A stretch of DNA of 24,654 bases. It comes from a virus (Duplodnaviria; Caudoviricetes). Each line of letters opens with the position of its first letter. Within the stretch, counting starts at the first letter, position 1. Positions 15,460-23,613 of the stretch are shown here, in pieces. Location: the IMG/VR virus record IMGVR_UViG_3300047090_000011, positions 1 to 24,654 of that record; one strand, written 5' to 3'. The notes under the pieces were generated by a model. The model was not told the DNA's origin and searched no databases. It saw only the letters and a program-made list of their open reading frames with translations. Made by a program: the position numbers and the translations under genes.

Positions 15460-17175
15460 CTAGATCATCAGTGCGAGGATTTCGATCAGGTCGTCATCCT
15501 CTTCGTCATTCATCTGCTGGACGCGCTGAATCTCTGCGTCCTGCTCTGCCTGTTGCCAGGCTTGGTGTGCTTGCTCCTGCGCTTTCCTGGCTTGGTCCTG
15601 TGCGCGTGCGAGATAGACCGCATAGGCCCGCTCTGCAACGGTCATCACGTTCGCCTGCGGGGCTTCTCCGCGTGCTTGTAGTTCGTCCTTCAGGACTGGT
15701 GCGATGGGCTGGACTTCGCCGCTCTGCACCGTCCTGGCAACTGCTTTGCGTGCTGCGGCCTTGACCGCCAGTTGCACGGGCTTGGGGAGAATGCCCAGTT
15801 CTTCGCGCTGCTTCCTGATCTCTTCCGCCAGGTTGGCGGGCCGGTTGAGAAAGTCGTAGCGCTTCTTCTTCGGTAGGTAGCCGCCCGAGTTCTGCTGGAC
15901 AACAATCGTGCCGTTCTGCGCCGTGCCCGAGATCGATGCAGGCCCTGCAATCAGTGCACCCGTTGCGGTGTGCGTCACCAGTGCCGGTGTTCTCGCCGCA
16001 GATCCCGCAATGGCTGCAGCACCCGATACCAGTACACCTGTCGCAGCGTGATTACCAAGCCTGGACGCACTACCGGCGATAACCGCAGCATCCGCCGCCA
16101 ATGCACCAGATGCCGTATGCACACCAGGCGCACTGCGCGACGCGGCGCCGGCAATCGTGGCTGATCCTGCCGTCAGTACGCCTGTCGATATATGCGCTGC
16201 GAACCTATTGGCCGTCCCTGCAACCGTGGCCGCTGAAGCAGCCAATGCGCCGGATGACGCGTGGACGGCTAGCCTATTGGCAGCGCCTGCGATCGTCGCC
16301 GATCCTGCCACCAGCGCACCGCTGGACGAGTGATTCCCTACCCGTGAGGCACTGCCTGCAATGGTGGCAGGATCTGCCGCAAGTGCACCGATTGCGGTGT
16401 GCGTGCCGACACCTGTTTGCAGATACGGAGGTTCCTCGTCCTCTGCGTAGATCTGCCAGTAATTCTGATCCAGAGCGATCTGCTCTGCATCACTCAGTAC
16501 AACGTTTCTCCAGACATCCAGTGCATAGATGTCGCCGGTCATCGGCGTGCCGTCGTTCGCTACACCGATTTGCCATGCGCTGGTCGTGTTGCTTGCAACC
16601 ACCAACGGGAGCGGCGCGGAATCCGCATACTGAGAGACCGACCGGGCGACACCATTGATTCTGATCGTGTGGCCGTTTCCACTACCCTGCGCTCTGGCCG
16701 CGTCCCATGTCCAGATGACGCGAACCAGGCTGTTTGCCGTAATCGGGGCGCCGGACGTTGACCCTGTATTTCTGTTGTTCGAACTATTGCCGACAATGAC
16801 GCCGATGTTTCCGCTACTGCTGAATTCAATCAGCAGAGAGTTACCAGATGCCCCACCCCACTTGGCTAATATCTTTCCCGAGGAGACAGACGCAAAAGTT
16901 GCAACGAACGCGACCGTGAACGACGTTGCACCAGCCAGCCTGTTATAGGCTGTGCCCCATGATGCAGCACCTGTCGCTTGTGCCCCGGTGAATCTGAGCG
17001 CCTGCCCGAACGGCGCAGCAACAACGCTTGCCCCAGATCCTAGGGCGCTCGCCTGATCCCCGTAGGCCGCTTCACCACGTCGAAATGATCCCGAGTAAGC
17101 GAACGTCAGCCCTCGCGTGAGGGGGGAAAGATTCGCTAGCTCGGCCGGGCCTGACTGCGGCTGTTGATACCGCAT
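15460..17175 (-). CDS. Fibre-like protein: LamG/ConA-like domain, 7 His-led ~23-aa repeats and charged helical C-terminus (571 aa)
   Basis: 'SFTVAF...ILAKW...RVIWTWD...IRINGV...WQIG...GDIYALDVWRNVVLSDAE' LamG pattern; repeats; terminal 'DEEDDDLIEILALMI'. Confidence 0.7.
   Translation of the reverse strand: MRYQQPQSGPAELANLSPLTRGLTFAYSGSFRRGEAAYGDQASALGSGASVVAAPFGQALRFTGAQATGAASWGTAYNRLAGATSFTVAFVATFASVSSGKILAKWGGASGNSLLIEFSSSGNIGVIVGNSSNNRNTGSTSGAPITANSLVRVIWTWDAARAQGSGNGHTIRINGVARSVSQYADSAPLPLVVASNTTSAWQIGVANDGTPMTGDIYALDVWRNVVLSDAEQIALDQNYWQIYAEDEEPPYLQTGVGTHTAIGALAADPATIAGSASRVGNHSSSGALVAGSATIAGAANRLAVHASSGALAASAATVAGTANRFAAHISTGVLTAGSATIAGAASRSAPGVHTASGALAADAAVIAGSASRLGNHAATGVLVSGAAAIAGSAARTPALVTHTATGALIAGPASISGTAQNGTIVVQQNSGGYLPKKKRYDFLNRPANLAEEIRKQREELGILPKPVQLAVKAAARKAVARTVQSGEVQPIAPVLKDELQARGEAPQANVMTVAERAYAVYLARAQDQARKAQEQAHQAWQQAEQDAEIQRVQQMNDEEDDDLIEILALMI
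15916..16401 (-). repeat. Seven tandem coding repeats, HxxxG(A/V)LxxxxAx(I/V)xGxAxR
   Basis: HTAIGALAADPATIAGSASR / HSSSGALVAGSATIAGAANR / HASSGALAASAATVAGTANR / HISTGVLTAGSATIAGAASR / HTASGALAADAAVIAGSASR / HAATGVLVSGAAAIAGSAAR / HTATGALIAGPASISGTAQ. Confidence 0.9.
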
Positions 17176-17179
17176 GTTC

Positions 17180-17536
17180 TTAAACTGTCGTCAGTTCCTG
17201 GGCGTAGACTTCTACCGTGATCGCGTTGGTTGCACCATTCAGGATGGTGACGTTGTTGAACATCGCCTTGGCAGGGATTTCACATACGTAGTCCGTCACG
17301 CTGCTGTTGGTTGTGTTGCCCGACGTTTGGTAGAACTGCCGCTTCACCGTCGTCGCCTCGCCGACGTACCAGGTGATCGTCGGCGCCGTCGTCGGAGCCG
17401 ATGCGCCGTTTGTGATCTTGACCGTGACTAACGCGCCATAAGCCGTCGAAAGGTTCAGCTCCGTCGCGTTGACGGATGTAGCCGCAGCCAAGCTCTGCGA
17501 TGTCAGGAGCGTGCGGGCTGTCTTGGTCGCTGCCAT
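17180..17536 (-). CDS. Thr/Ala-rich putative structural protein (118 aa)
   Basis: Beta-sandwich-like pattern; tightly packed in the late operon. Confidence 0.7.
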   Translation of the reverse strand: MAATKTARTLLTSQSLAAATSVNATELNLSTAYGALVTVKITNGASAPTTAPTITWYVGEATTVKRQFYQTSGNTTNSSVTDYVCEIPAKAMFNNVTILNGATNAITVEVYAQELTTV

Positions 17537-17539
17537 CTC

Positions 17540-17848
17540 TTATCCTTGCGCCAGCAGATCTACGGCCGCGTCAACAGCGGTTTGTACTGCCGCATCGCTG
17601 GCCGCAAGAATTGCCGCCGATGTTTGAGCGACGTTCTGCGCAAGTACCGCCGAGAACATGCGATTGGCTGCGGTATCTGGGTCGGTCAGTGTCGCCCGCG
17701 CCCACAGCAAGCGATTCGCGTGGTTCGTGGTCGCGCCAGCTTCTTGGCGGATCTTGTCGCAGGAAATGATGACGGCCACTTTGATCTTGTCGAGCAATGC
17801 GGCGCCAGTCGTGGTCCTGATGGCGAGGAGTTCAGCGTAGGTAGCCAT
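17540..17848 (-). CDS. Hypothetical Ala-rich protein (102 aa, MATYAELL...)
   Basis: ATG 2 nt after the upstream stop; helical composition. Confidence 0.7.
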   Translation of the reverse strand: MATYAELLAIRTTTGAALLDKIKVAVIISCDKIRQEAGATTNHANRLLWARATLTDPDTAANRMFSAVLAQNVAQTSAAILAASDAAVQTAVDAAVDLLAQG

Positions 17849-17850
17849 GA

Positions 17851-18237
17851 TCAGGGCATCGCCGTGTAAGTGAGAGACGAGCAAGCAACCGTGTCACCAG
17901 CACCGATGGTCAGGCCGTTCGTCAGGTTGATGTCTGATGCCGACGCAGCTACCGCACAGTGGCTTACCACCGTAGCGCCCGACGTTTCCAACGTGGCCGT
18001 AGCGACGGCTGACGCGTTGCCGGTGGCGTTGGTGTCGCTTGCAATCGCGTTGGCTGTGGCGGTGCCACCAGACGACGCGCCGAAGGGTGTAGCGCTCATA
18101 ATCAGCGTGGCTGCTGCTGTTCCGGGCGAACCCACAGTGCCCGTCAGGCGGAACTTGAGTCGGGGGCTTGCGCCCAGCGCTGTCGTGTGTGCATCGGCAA
18201 CAGTGTTGCGGAACGCGGTGGAGTGCGTGACTGCCAT
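17851..18237 (-). CDS. Ala/Thr/Ser-rich putative virion protein (128 aa)
   Basis: 'MAVTHSTAFRN...ASSGGTATANAI..DTNA...DINLTNGLTIGAGDTV..SSLTYT'; GAGGA SD. Confidence 0.7.
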   Translation of the reverse strand: MAVTHSTAFRNTVADAHTTALGASPRLKFRLTGTVGSPGTAAATLIMSATPFGASSGGTATANAIASDTNATGNASAVATATLETSGATVVSHCAVAASASDINLTNGLTIGAGDTVACSSLTYTAMP

Positions 18238-18441
18238 TTAGTCCTCTTCTTTCATCGGCGTGCCGACAATCTGGTATTCCTCAACCTTGCCGGTAGCTGC
18301 GCGGGTGATCTGAATCGTTGCGTTCAACACCGCTTTGCCGGCGATGAAGTCCGCATGCGTCAGAGCCGCGTCTTTGTCGGCCTTGCTGATGCGCTGTGCT
18401 TGACCAGCCATCACGGCGGGTTGTCCGATTAGTTCATTCAT
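18238..18441 (-). CDS. Hypothetical protein (67 aa)
   Basis: Abuts the portal stop; AGGAG SD upstream. Confidence 0.6.
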   Translation of the reverse strand: MNELIGQPAVMAGQAQRISKADKDAALTHADFIAGKAVLNATIQITRAATGKVEEYQIVGTPMKEED

Positions 18442-20622
18442 TTACTGCACTCCTGTTGGTCGGCCATCTGGCCCACGGGCTATCTGGCGCGTAGCCTTGC
18501 CCTTGCGGATCGCGACAGCCCTGCCTGCGGGGTCTCTCACCACCTCGGACGGGGCGGCGTTGTACTCGTGAAGCTCCTGCAGGCTGGTCATCAGTTGATT
18601 GATTGCACCCATCACCGGAGCTGTGGTGTCTTCCTTGGGCTGCATCGCCTGGGCTTGCTCGCGCATGATGTCGGCCTGGGTCTTGGTCTGGTCGTTTATC
18701 GCCTTCACGCGATTGGTGTCCGCGTTCTGCTTGTCGATCGCCAGCTTGCCCATCTCGATCTGTTTATCCGCTTCCATAGCCTGCAGCTTCTGCGTCAGTT
18801 CCTGCACTTGGCCTTGCAACTGCCCAACCGCTTCCTTAGCGTGCATGTCCATCTGCTGCATCTGCTGCTGCATGGCTTGAGCCTGGGGGTTTGGCCCTTG
18901 CAGGTTTGGTGGAAGCGCGGACCGCAGACGTTTGGCCATCTCGTCAGCACCGGGCCAATCGAGGTTCTTCGCGATCAGGTCGCCAATGAGCGGAGCAACA
19001 CCCGGCACAGCACGCATGAATTCCGTCATTTGGTTCGCGGCTTCTTCACGCTTGGTGTTAAAGCTCGGGCCGACTTCACAGGTCACGTCATATTTGCCCG
19101 TGGTCAGGTCGTACAGGCGAGTGACTTCCTGCAGTTCTTCCTGCGGGCCTTCCTCCTGCTGCTGTTCCATCTGAGGGTTGAATTCCTGGTTGATCGGAAC
19201 AGTCTTGTTCGATCCGTCCTCATGGATCACGCGAATCATCCGAGGTGCCGAGTACACGCGAGGGATCAGGTCAACCAGAATCCGCCCGGCATGACGAATG
19301 GCACGGGACAGGTTGTCGATGTAGTTGAACGTCGAGACGTCACCCTCACGCTGGCGGGCCATGATGGCCCGACCAGAGGTTTCGTTGCTCTTGGCACCCA
19401 ATGAAGCGTCGAAGATGCCCATGATCGACTTCATGTCGTCGTTGGCATTCATCGCTTCCTGGATCGCTCCAGCGGGCATGCCTGCAAAGGGTTGGCGCTG
19501 CGGGGGGGTCGGGCCGTCGTACTCCAGATACTGGTGATTGACCGTGTTCGCAGATGCCCACTTGACCGGATCACTGTCAAACGCGCCCTTTGGTCCAACC
19601 CATGGGGCTTTGGGCTGCAGAGCGACCAGCTCGGTGGATGTGGTGCGCCAGTAGTTCACCATCCGCTGCGGATCTTTGGCAAACCGCACCAGCGAGAGCC
19701 AATGCCGCTCACCCTCGACCATCACTTCATCACCATAGACCGGGACGATGGGGATGTATTTACCCGCCCATTTCGTCGTGTCCAGGATCTCGCAGCCGTT
19801 GATGATGCGCTGCGACACCTTCTTGACCATCGTCTCGCGCGTTCCCGTGATCTTGTAGCCCTGCACGTCGAACAACTGAAGCTCTTTCAGATACGAGTCT
19901 TCCAGCAACACCATCTCATCGACGCCGTTGCTGACCTTGATCAACGTGCTCGGGACTTCGGTGCGTTTCCACCATTCGGCTACGCGGATCTGGTCGTTCT
20001 CCTGCCACGACATCAGGTCTTTCTCGTCCGTCTCGAAGTTGCTGATGTCAGCGCCTGGATACTTCTTCTTGAACGCGGCTTTCGTCCACAACTCAGTGAT
20101 GAACGCCTCGTCCCAGTCCGCAGAGTCAGCCGCTGTGCTCGCAGGATCACCGTACACCGTCAAAGGGTTGGCGATGCGCTCAATCAGAATGTCCTGGTCG
20201 AACGAGTCATCAGATGCATAGTCGGTGTTGATGCGGAAGTAACCGAAACCACCCGTAACCGCATGGTCAAGAGCCGTGTCGTAGGCCACATCAGCATTCG
20301 AGCTGTACTCGATGTTGCGCGTAAGACCGTTCAGGATCTCGGCCGTCTCCTGATCTGCACCATCGCCAACAGGGTGGAACTTGATCGACGGCTTGTTCTG
20401 CCGTGCGTCGTTCGTCACCTGGCGAATGAATGAGGGAAGGCGGTTGATCGTGAGACACGGCCTGCCGTCTAGTTCACGCTGGCGCTTGACGTTCTCAGGC
20501 CACTGCTCGCCAAGTCGTGCGAAGCGCACGTCATCGAGCCAATTGCGGCGATTCTTGGCCTCTGCCTCTGATGCGCGGTCGAATGCCTCTCGCGCGTCCT
20601 TGAGCAGGTCTTTATCCGACAT
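18442..20622 (-). CDS. Portal protein, P22-like, 726 aa
   Basis: 'GEQW...RPCLTINRL..FIRQV', 'GKYIPIVPVYG', 'SGRAIMARQREG', 'GKYDV..EVGPS..TKREEA' motifs; Gln-rich C-terminal barrel. Confidence 0.93.
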   Translation of the reverse strand: MSDKDLLKDAREAFDRASEAEAKNRRNWLDDVRFARLGEQWPENVKRQRELDGRPCLTINRLPSFIRQVTNDARQNKPSIKFHPVGDGADQETAEILNGLTRNIEYSSNADVAYDTALDHAVTGGFGYFRINTDYASDDSFDQDILIERIANPLTVYGDPASTAADSADWDEAFITELWTKAAFKKKYPGADISNFETDEKDLMSWQENDQIRVAEWWKRTEVPSTLIKVSNGVDEMVLLEDSYLKELQLFDVQGYKITGTRETMVKKVSQRIINGCEILDTTKWAGKYIPIVPVYGDEVMVEGERHWLSLVRFAKDPQRMVNYWRTTSTELVALQPKAPWVGPKGAFDSDPVKWASANTVNHQYLEYDGPTPPQRQPFAGMPAGAIQEAMNANDDMKSIMGIFDASLGAKSNETSGRAIMARQREGDVSTFNYIDNLSRAIRHAGRILVDLIPRVYSAPRMIRVIHEDGSNKTVPINQEFNPQMEQQQEEGPQEELQEVTRLYDLTTGKYDVTCEVGPSFNTKREEAANQMTEFMRAVPGVAPLIGDLIAKNLDWPGADEMAKRLRSALPPNLQGPNPQAQAMQQQMQQMDMHAKEAVGQLQGQVQELTQKLQAMEADKQIEMGKLAIDKQNADTNRVKAINDQTKTQADIMREQAQAMQPKEDTTAPVMGAINQLMTSLQELHEYNAAPSEVVRDPAGRAVAIRKGKATRQIARGPDGRPTGVQ

Positions 20623-20797
20623 CGCGCACCTTCTGCTCTAACTCTTGCGGCGTGTCGGCCTTGACCATCAAGCCAAAGGGATGCAGGTTCGTGGTCACGA
20701 GCGAGCCCAACTGTCCGCCGATGAACTTGTCAGACGCAACGTCATACGGGCCGGTGTGAAAGTACGCAGCAGCCAGGGGCAGTGCAAGTGCGTTCAT
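20612..20797 (-). CDS. Hypothetical protein (61 aa)
   Basis: ATGA-coupled to the GNAT gene; overlaps the portal start. Confidence 0.5.
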   Translation of the reverse strand: MNALALPLAAAYFHTGPYDVASDKFIGGQLGSLVTTNLHPFGLMVKADTPQELEQKVRDVG

Positions 20798-21087
20798 CGC
20801 ACCATCACCAATGGCTCAGGCTGCAGCACGCTGAAGCCGTGACGGACGTACCAATCCGCCAAGGCATCTCTATCAAGACCCTCGGCGAATGGTTGAACTT
20901 TGACGATCATCACGGTTTTGTCCTTGTCTGCGTCTGCGCATAGAGCCTTCAGAAGAGCGGAGGCGTGGCCTTTGCCCTGGTCGTGTGCGCGAACGTTGGT
21001 TATCTCTTTGAGGTTGCCGACACCGGCCAATTGGCAATAGCGGACCCTTGCGGATGCGCTGGCGTGTCTGCGTAGTCCTGTTTTCAT
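20794..21087 (-). CDS. Small GNAT-family acetyltransferase (97 aa)
   Basis: Motif A 'DQGKGHASALL' and 'LADWYVRHGF'; ATGA overlap with the TerL stop. Confidence 0.75.
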   Translation of the reverse strand: MKTGLRRHASASARVRYCQLAGVGNLKEITNVRAHDQGKGHASALLKALCADADKDKTVMIVKVQPFAEGLDRDALADWYVRHGFSVLQPEPLVMVR

Positions 21088-22358
21088 CCCATCCACCCAA
21101 TCGAGGGGCGATCCCTCAGAGGCTTGTCTGCGCGCGTCTCTTGCAGTGCAACAGCCATGTAGCGGAAAGCGTCTGCCGCGTGGCTGGTCCAGTCGTGCAA
21201 TGGGCCGAAGCTGATGCCGAGCTTCTCATCAATCTTTTCGTGGTACTGCTTGAGAGCGTCCACACCGACAGCGCATTTCTTCGCATCGAACCAGCAGCGT
21301 GGAATGGTCAGCCTAGCTGCGTCCACGCCATCCTTGATCGGGATGTTCGGCACGACATCGAACTTGATCCCCAGACCGGATGCGACTTCTAAACGGCTCT
21401 TACCTGAGCCCAGTTCGCGCACTTGGATGTCATGCGGTGCCCAGTGCTTGCCGTACAGATAGGGCTTGTCCTGCAGGACCTTGGCGTAATGGTCCAGACC
21501 AAAGCCTGAAGCCTCGTAGTAGTCGATCACGCGGATCTCGCGTCCAACTTGCTGCCAGAACCAAATAACCATCGAGTCGCTGATACCCAAGTCCCAGACG
21601 GTGTGCGTCTTGAGCATCGGGTCATGCGGGACTGCGCTGATGCGACCCTCGTTCTCTGCCTCGGTCAGTTGATGCGCGAAGTAAGCCCCGGTGATCGCAG
21701 CATCGAAGGAGCATTCAAACTCCTGCATGTACTCGTTCTCAGGCATCGTGCTTCTGAGCCTGCGCAGTTCGTCGGGGTCGATCAACCCAGTCTCACTGGC
21801 CCGCAGGATCTGCACGAACCACTCAGGATCATCCTTGCGCTTCTTGTACGTCTCACCCAGCAGGTTGCCCCAGCCCTTCGGCGTTCCGCTCAGGTCAAGC
21901 CAGCCATGCCGGTCTGACAGTGCGGGCAGAATGATCTGCGTCAACACACTGGGCTTGATGTCCTGGGCTTCGTCTGCGCTCAGGCCATCGAAGTACAAGC
22001 CTCGTAGTCGTTCTGCGTTATCAGCCCCGTAGAGCCTGATCTGAGCCCCGTTGTGCGGGAAGACAACGGATAGCTCTGACTCGTTGATCTTGCCGCCCAG
22101 TTCAAGGATGGGCGCGCTGTAGTGTTTGAGGTAGTTCCAGGCGATGTCTTTGGCCTGAACGTAGTAAGGAGCGAGGTATGCGAACCTGGGTGCTTCCTTC
22201 TCGCATGTGGCTGCGGAGCGAATCAGCCGGTTGATGCGAGCGACTGTCTTGCCGGCCCTTCGATGGGCGACAGTGAGCGAATATCTCTTGTCTGCTTGGT
22301 GGTAGGTCTGAAACGCATCCCGTGGCTTGTACGGGATGACTATTCGTCTTTCGTCCAT
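21084..22358 (-). CDS. terL: Terminase large subunit, 424 aa
   Basis: Walker A 'HRRAGKT', 'LRGLYFDGLSADE', 'SGTPKG', nuclease 'WDLGISD' and 'SHAADAFRY'. Confidence 0.95.
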   Translation of the reverse strand: MDERRIVIPYKPRDAFQTYHQADKRYSLTVAHRRAGKTVARINRLIRSAATCEKEAPRFAYLAPYYVQAKDIAWNYLKHYSAPILELGGKINESELSVVFPHNGAQIRLYGADNAERLRGLYFDGLSADEAQDIKPSVLTQIILPALSDRHGWLDLSGTPKGWGNLLGETYKKRKDDPEWFVQILRASETGLIDPDELRRLRSTMPENEYMQEFECSFDAAITGAYFAHQLTEAENEGRISAVPHDPMLKTHTVWDLGISDSMVIWFWQQVGREIRVIDYYEASGFGLDHYAKVLQDKPYLYGKHWAPHDIQVRELGSGKSRLEVASGLGIKFDVVPNIPIKDGVDAARLTIPRCWFDAKKCAVGVDALKQYHEKIDEKLGISFGPLHDWTSHAADAFRYMAVALQETRADKPLRDRPSIGWMG

Positions 22359-22630
22359 CCAAACGTGACCTTCATCGGCCCGCCATCTTCGCCAGTGACT
22401 TCAGTGCGCGCGAGCTTCGGTGCCGCGTATTCCGCGAGCTTGGCCAGCAGGTCCAACGCTTTGCCAGGATCAGGCTTCACATCGCCTTCGCCATCCGCAA
22501 CACGCGTGAGCCATAGACCGACGTTCTCGCTGTTTTCAGTCAAGACGCGGCCCACCGTCTCCCGAAACTCTTTGGTAGCCTTGTTGGGCGATCCAGGCTG
22601 TCTTCCGCCTGTCTTGAAGCCGTTAGCCAT
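22340..22630 (-). CDS. terS: Terminase small subunit (96 aa)
   Basis: 'KTGGRQPGSPNK' N-terminal motif and 'EVTGEDGGP' C-terminal motif; overlaps the TerL start. Confidence 0.75.
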   Translation of the reverse strand: MANGFKTGGRQPGSPNKATKEFRETVGRVLTENSENVGLWLTRVADGEGDVKPDPGKALDLLAKLAEYAAPKLARTEVTGEDGGPMKVTFGWTKDE

Positions 22631-22631
22631 G

Positions 22632-22901
22632 CTAAGCCTCTGTCTCGCTCTGTTTTAGAGTCTCAGCCTGCAACGCCGCGATTACCCTGTACTGTTCTAC
22701 ATACAGCATGCGAAGTTCATAGAACAAGTATTCAAACTCGTTAGCCTTCGTTTCCGCGCGAGCAAGTTTCCTTGAAAGTTCGCCAGTGACTTCTTCATAC
22801 ATGCCACGAGAAACCGCCGGTTGCACCTTCGGCATTTCCTCGAACTGCTGCCTGAATTTCTCAAGGGCTTCAGCCTCTTGAGTCGCATATGTGAATTCCA
22901 T
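22632..22901 (-). CDS. Hypothetical coiled-coil protein (89 aa), first gene of the late operon
   Basis: Start MEFTYATQ with AAGGA SD; abuts terS. Confidence 0.6.
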   Translation of the reverse strand: MEFTYATQEAEALEKFRQQFEEMPKVQPAVSRGMYEEVTGELSRKLARAETKANEFEYLFYELRMLYVEQYRVIAALQAETLKQSETEA

Positions 22902-22973
22902 AGTCCGAGTTCCTTGTGGATTGTTCGGTGGTGTGCTTGAGGACTTACCTTGACGGCAGCACAGATGCCCTTT

Positions 22974-23080
22974 GCACTCTCTCCTGAGCCGGTCAGAGTG
23001 CGTGACCTGAATTAGTCCAGCCATTTACCCGTGGCTGGCGCAGTCAGGATGCTGCGGTATGACCGGGGATTTGGAGAGCG
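22974..23080 (-). ncRNA. Candidate structured RNA in the late leader (multibranch with pseudoknot)
   Basis: Four nested perfect stems plus loop-tail complementarity, found by eye (see findings). Confidence 0.45.
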
Positions 23081-23085
23081 AGGGG

Positions 23086-23114
23086 AATTGAAAAGCCCCC
23101 AGAACGGAGGCTTC
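23086..23114 (-). terminator. tR'-like terminator downstream of the late promoter
   Basis: GAAGCCTCC-GTTCT-GGGGGCTTTTCAATT. Confidence 0.7.
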
Positions 23115-23182
23115 AGACAACTGAACTTTAGGGACACTGCCACCTCCGGAATCGGAAGGGCTGCCCAATCAGCAGTTGCCGC

Positions 23183-23212
23183 ATGCTATCACACAAGAAA
23201 CATCCGCGTCAA
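23183..23212 (-). promoter_or_regulatory. sigma70 late promoter (pR'-like)
   Basis: TTGACG (23212-23207), 18-nt spacer, TGn-extended TAGCAT (23188-23183), immediately at the Q-like stop codon. Confidence 0.7.
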
Positions 23213-23613
23213 GCGTCTTTGTTCACCAGAATTTGCCTACTTTCACACACCAATGACCACAGTTCTTTCGTCGTGATCTGCAGTTCTCTGGCCTTTTTGG
23301 CTGGATTGACAGGCTTCAGGTAGCACCAGCAGACGGCCAGCCTGTGGCGCATCGGCAGCGCTGCAACTGCCTTGGCTATTTTCTGCGCATCCATCTTGTC
23401 CACGGACGTGATGGTGGTGGAGCCGTAGTCCCTACGGGTGTTGCTGGACCTGTAGAGCCGGAACATAGGCGATGCACTGCCGCCCGGGCGATCCCAATGC
23501 CACCGTGCCCAGTTCTCCAGCCTGGCGTGAATGGCCCAGTGCTTTTCCTCCACTGCGTGAAAGTCGATAGCCAGCTTGGGGCGGCTAACCATTACTCCGT
23601 ACTCTGCTCGCAT
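23209..23613 (-). CDS. Late antitermination protein Q-like
   Basis: 'RLENWARW' N-terminal motif and C-terminal HTH-like region; last nin-region gene before promoter and terminator. Start is 23613 (AAGGA SD) or 23592 (TAATG overlap). Confidence 0.7.
   Translation of the reverse strand: MRAEYGVMVSRPKLAIDFHAVEEKHWAIHARLENWARWHWDRPGGSASPMFRLYRSSNTRRDYGSTTITSVDKMDAQKIAKAVAALPMRHRLAVCWCYLKPVNPAKKARELQITTKELWSLVCESRQILVNKDA

Noticed and set aside
15916-16401. CRISPR array or diversity-generating retroelement repeats
   Set aside because: The repeats are degenerate in-frame protein repeats with no spacers; no reverse transcriptase or adenine-specific TR/VR pair is seen in the window.
18568-20433. 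278-aa and 313-aa plus-strand ORFs
   Set aside because: Antisense shadows of the portal gene.
22974-23080. tRNA, known ribozyme or fluoride riboswitch identity for the leader structure
   Set aside because: No T-loop (TTCGA) or CCA end, no hammerhead CUGAUGA/GAAA core, and no fluoride riboswitch GAUG consensus, despite a loosely similar topology.
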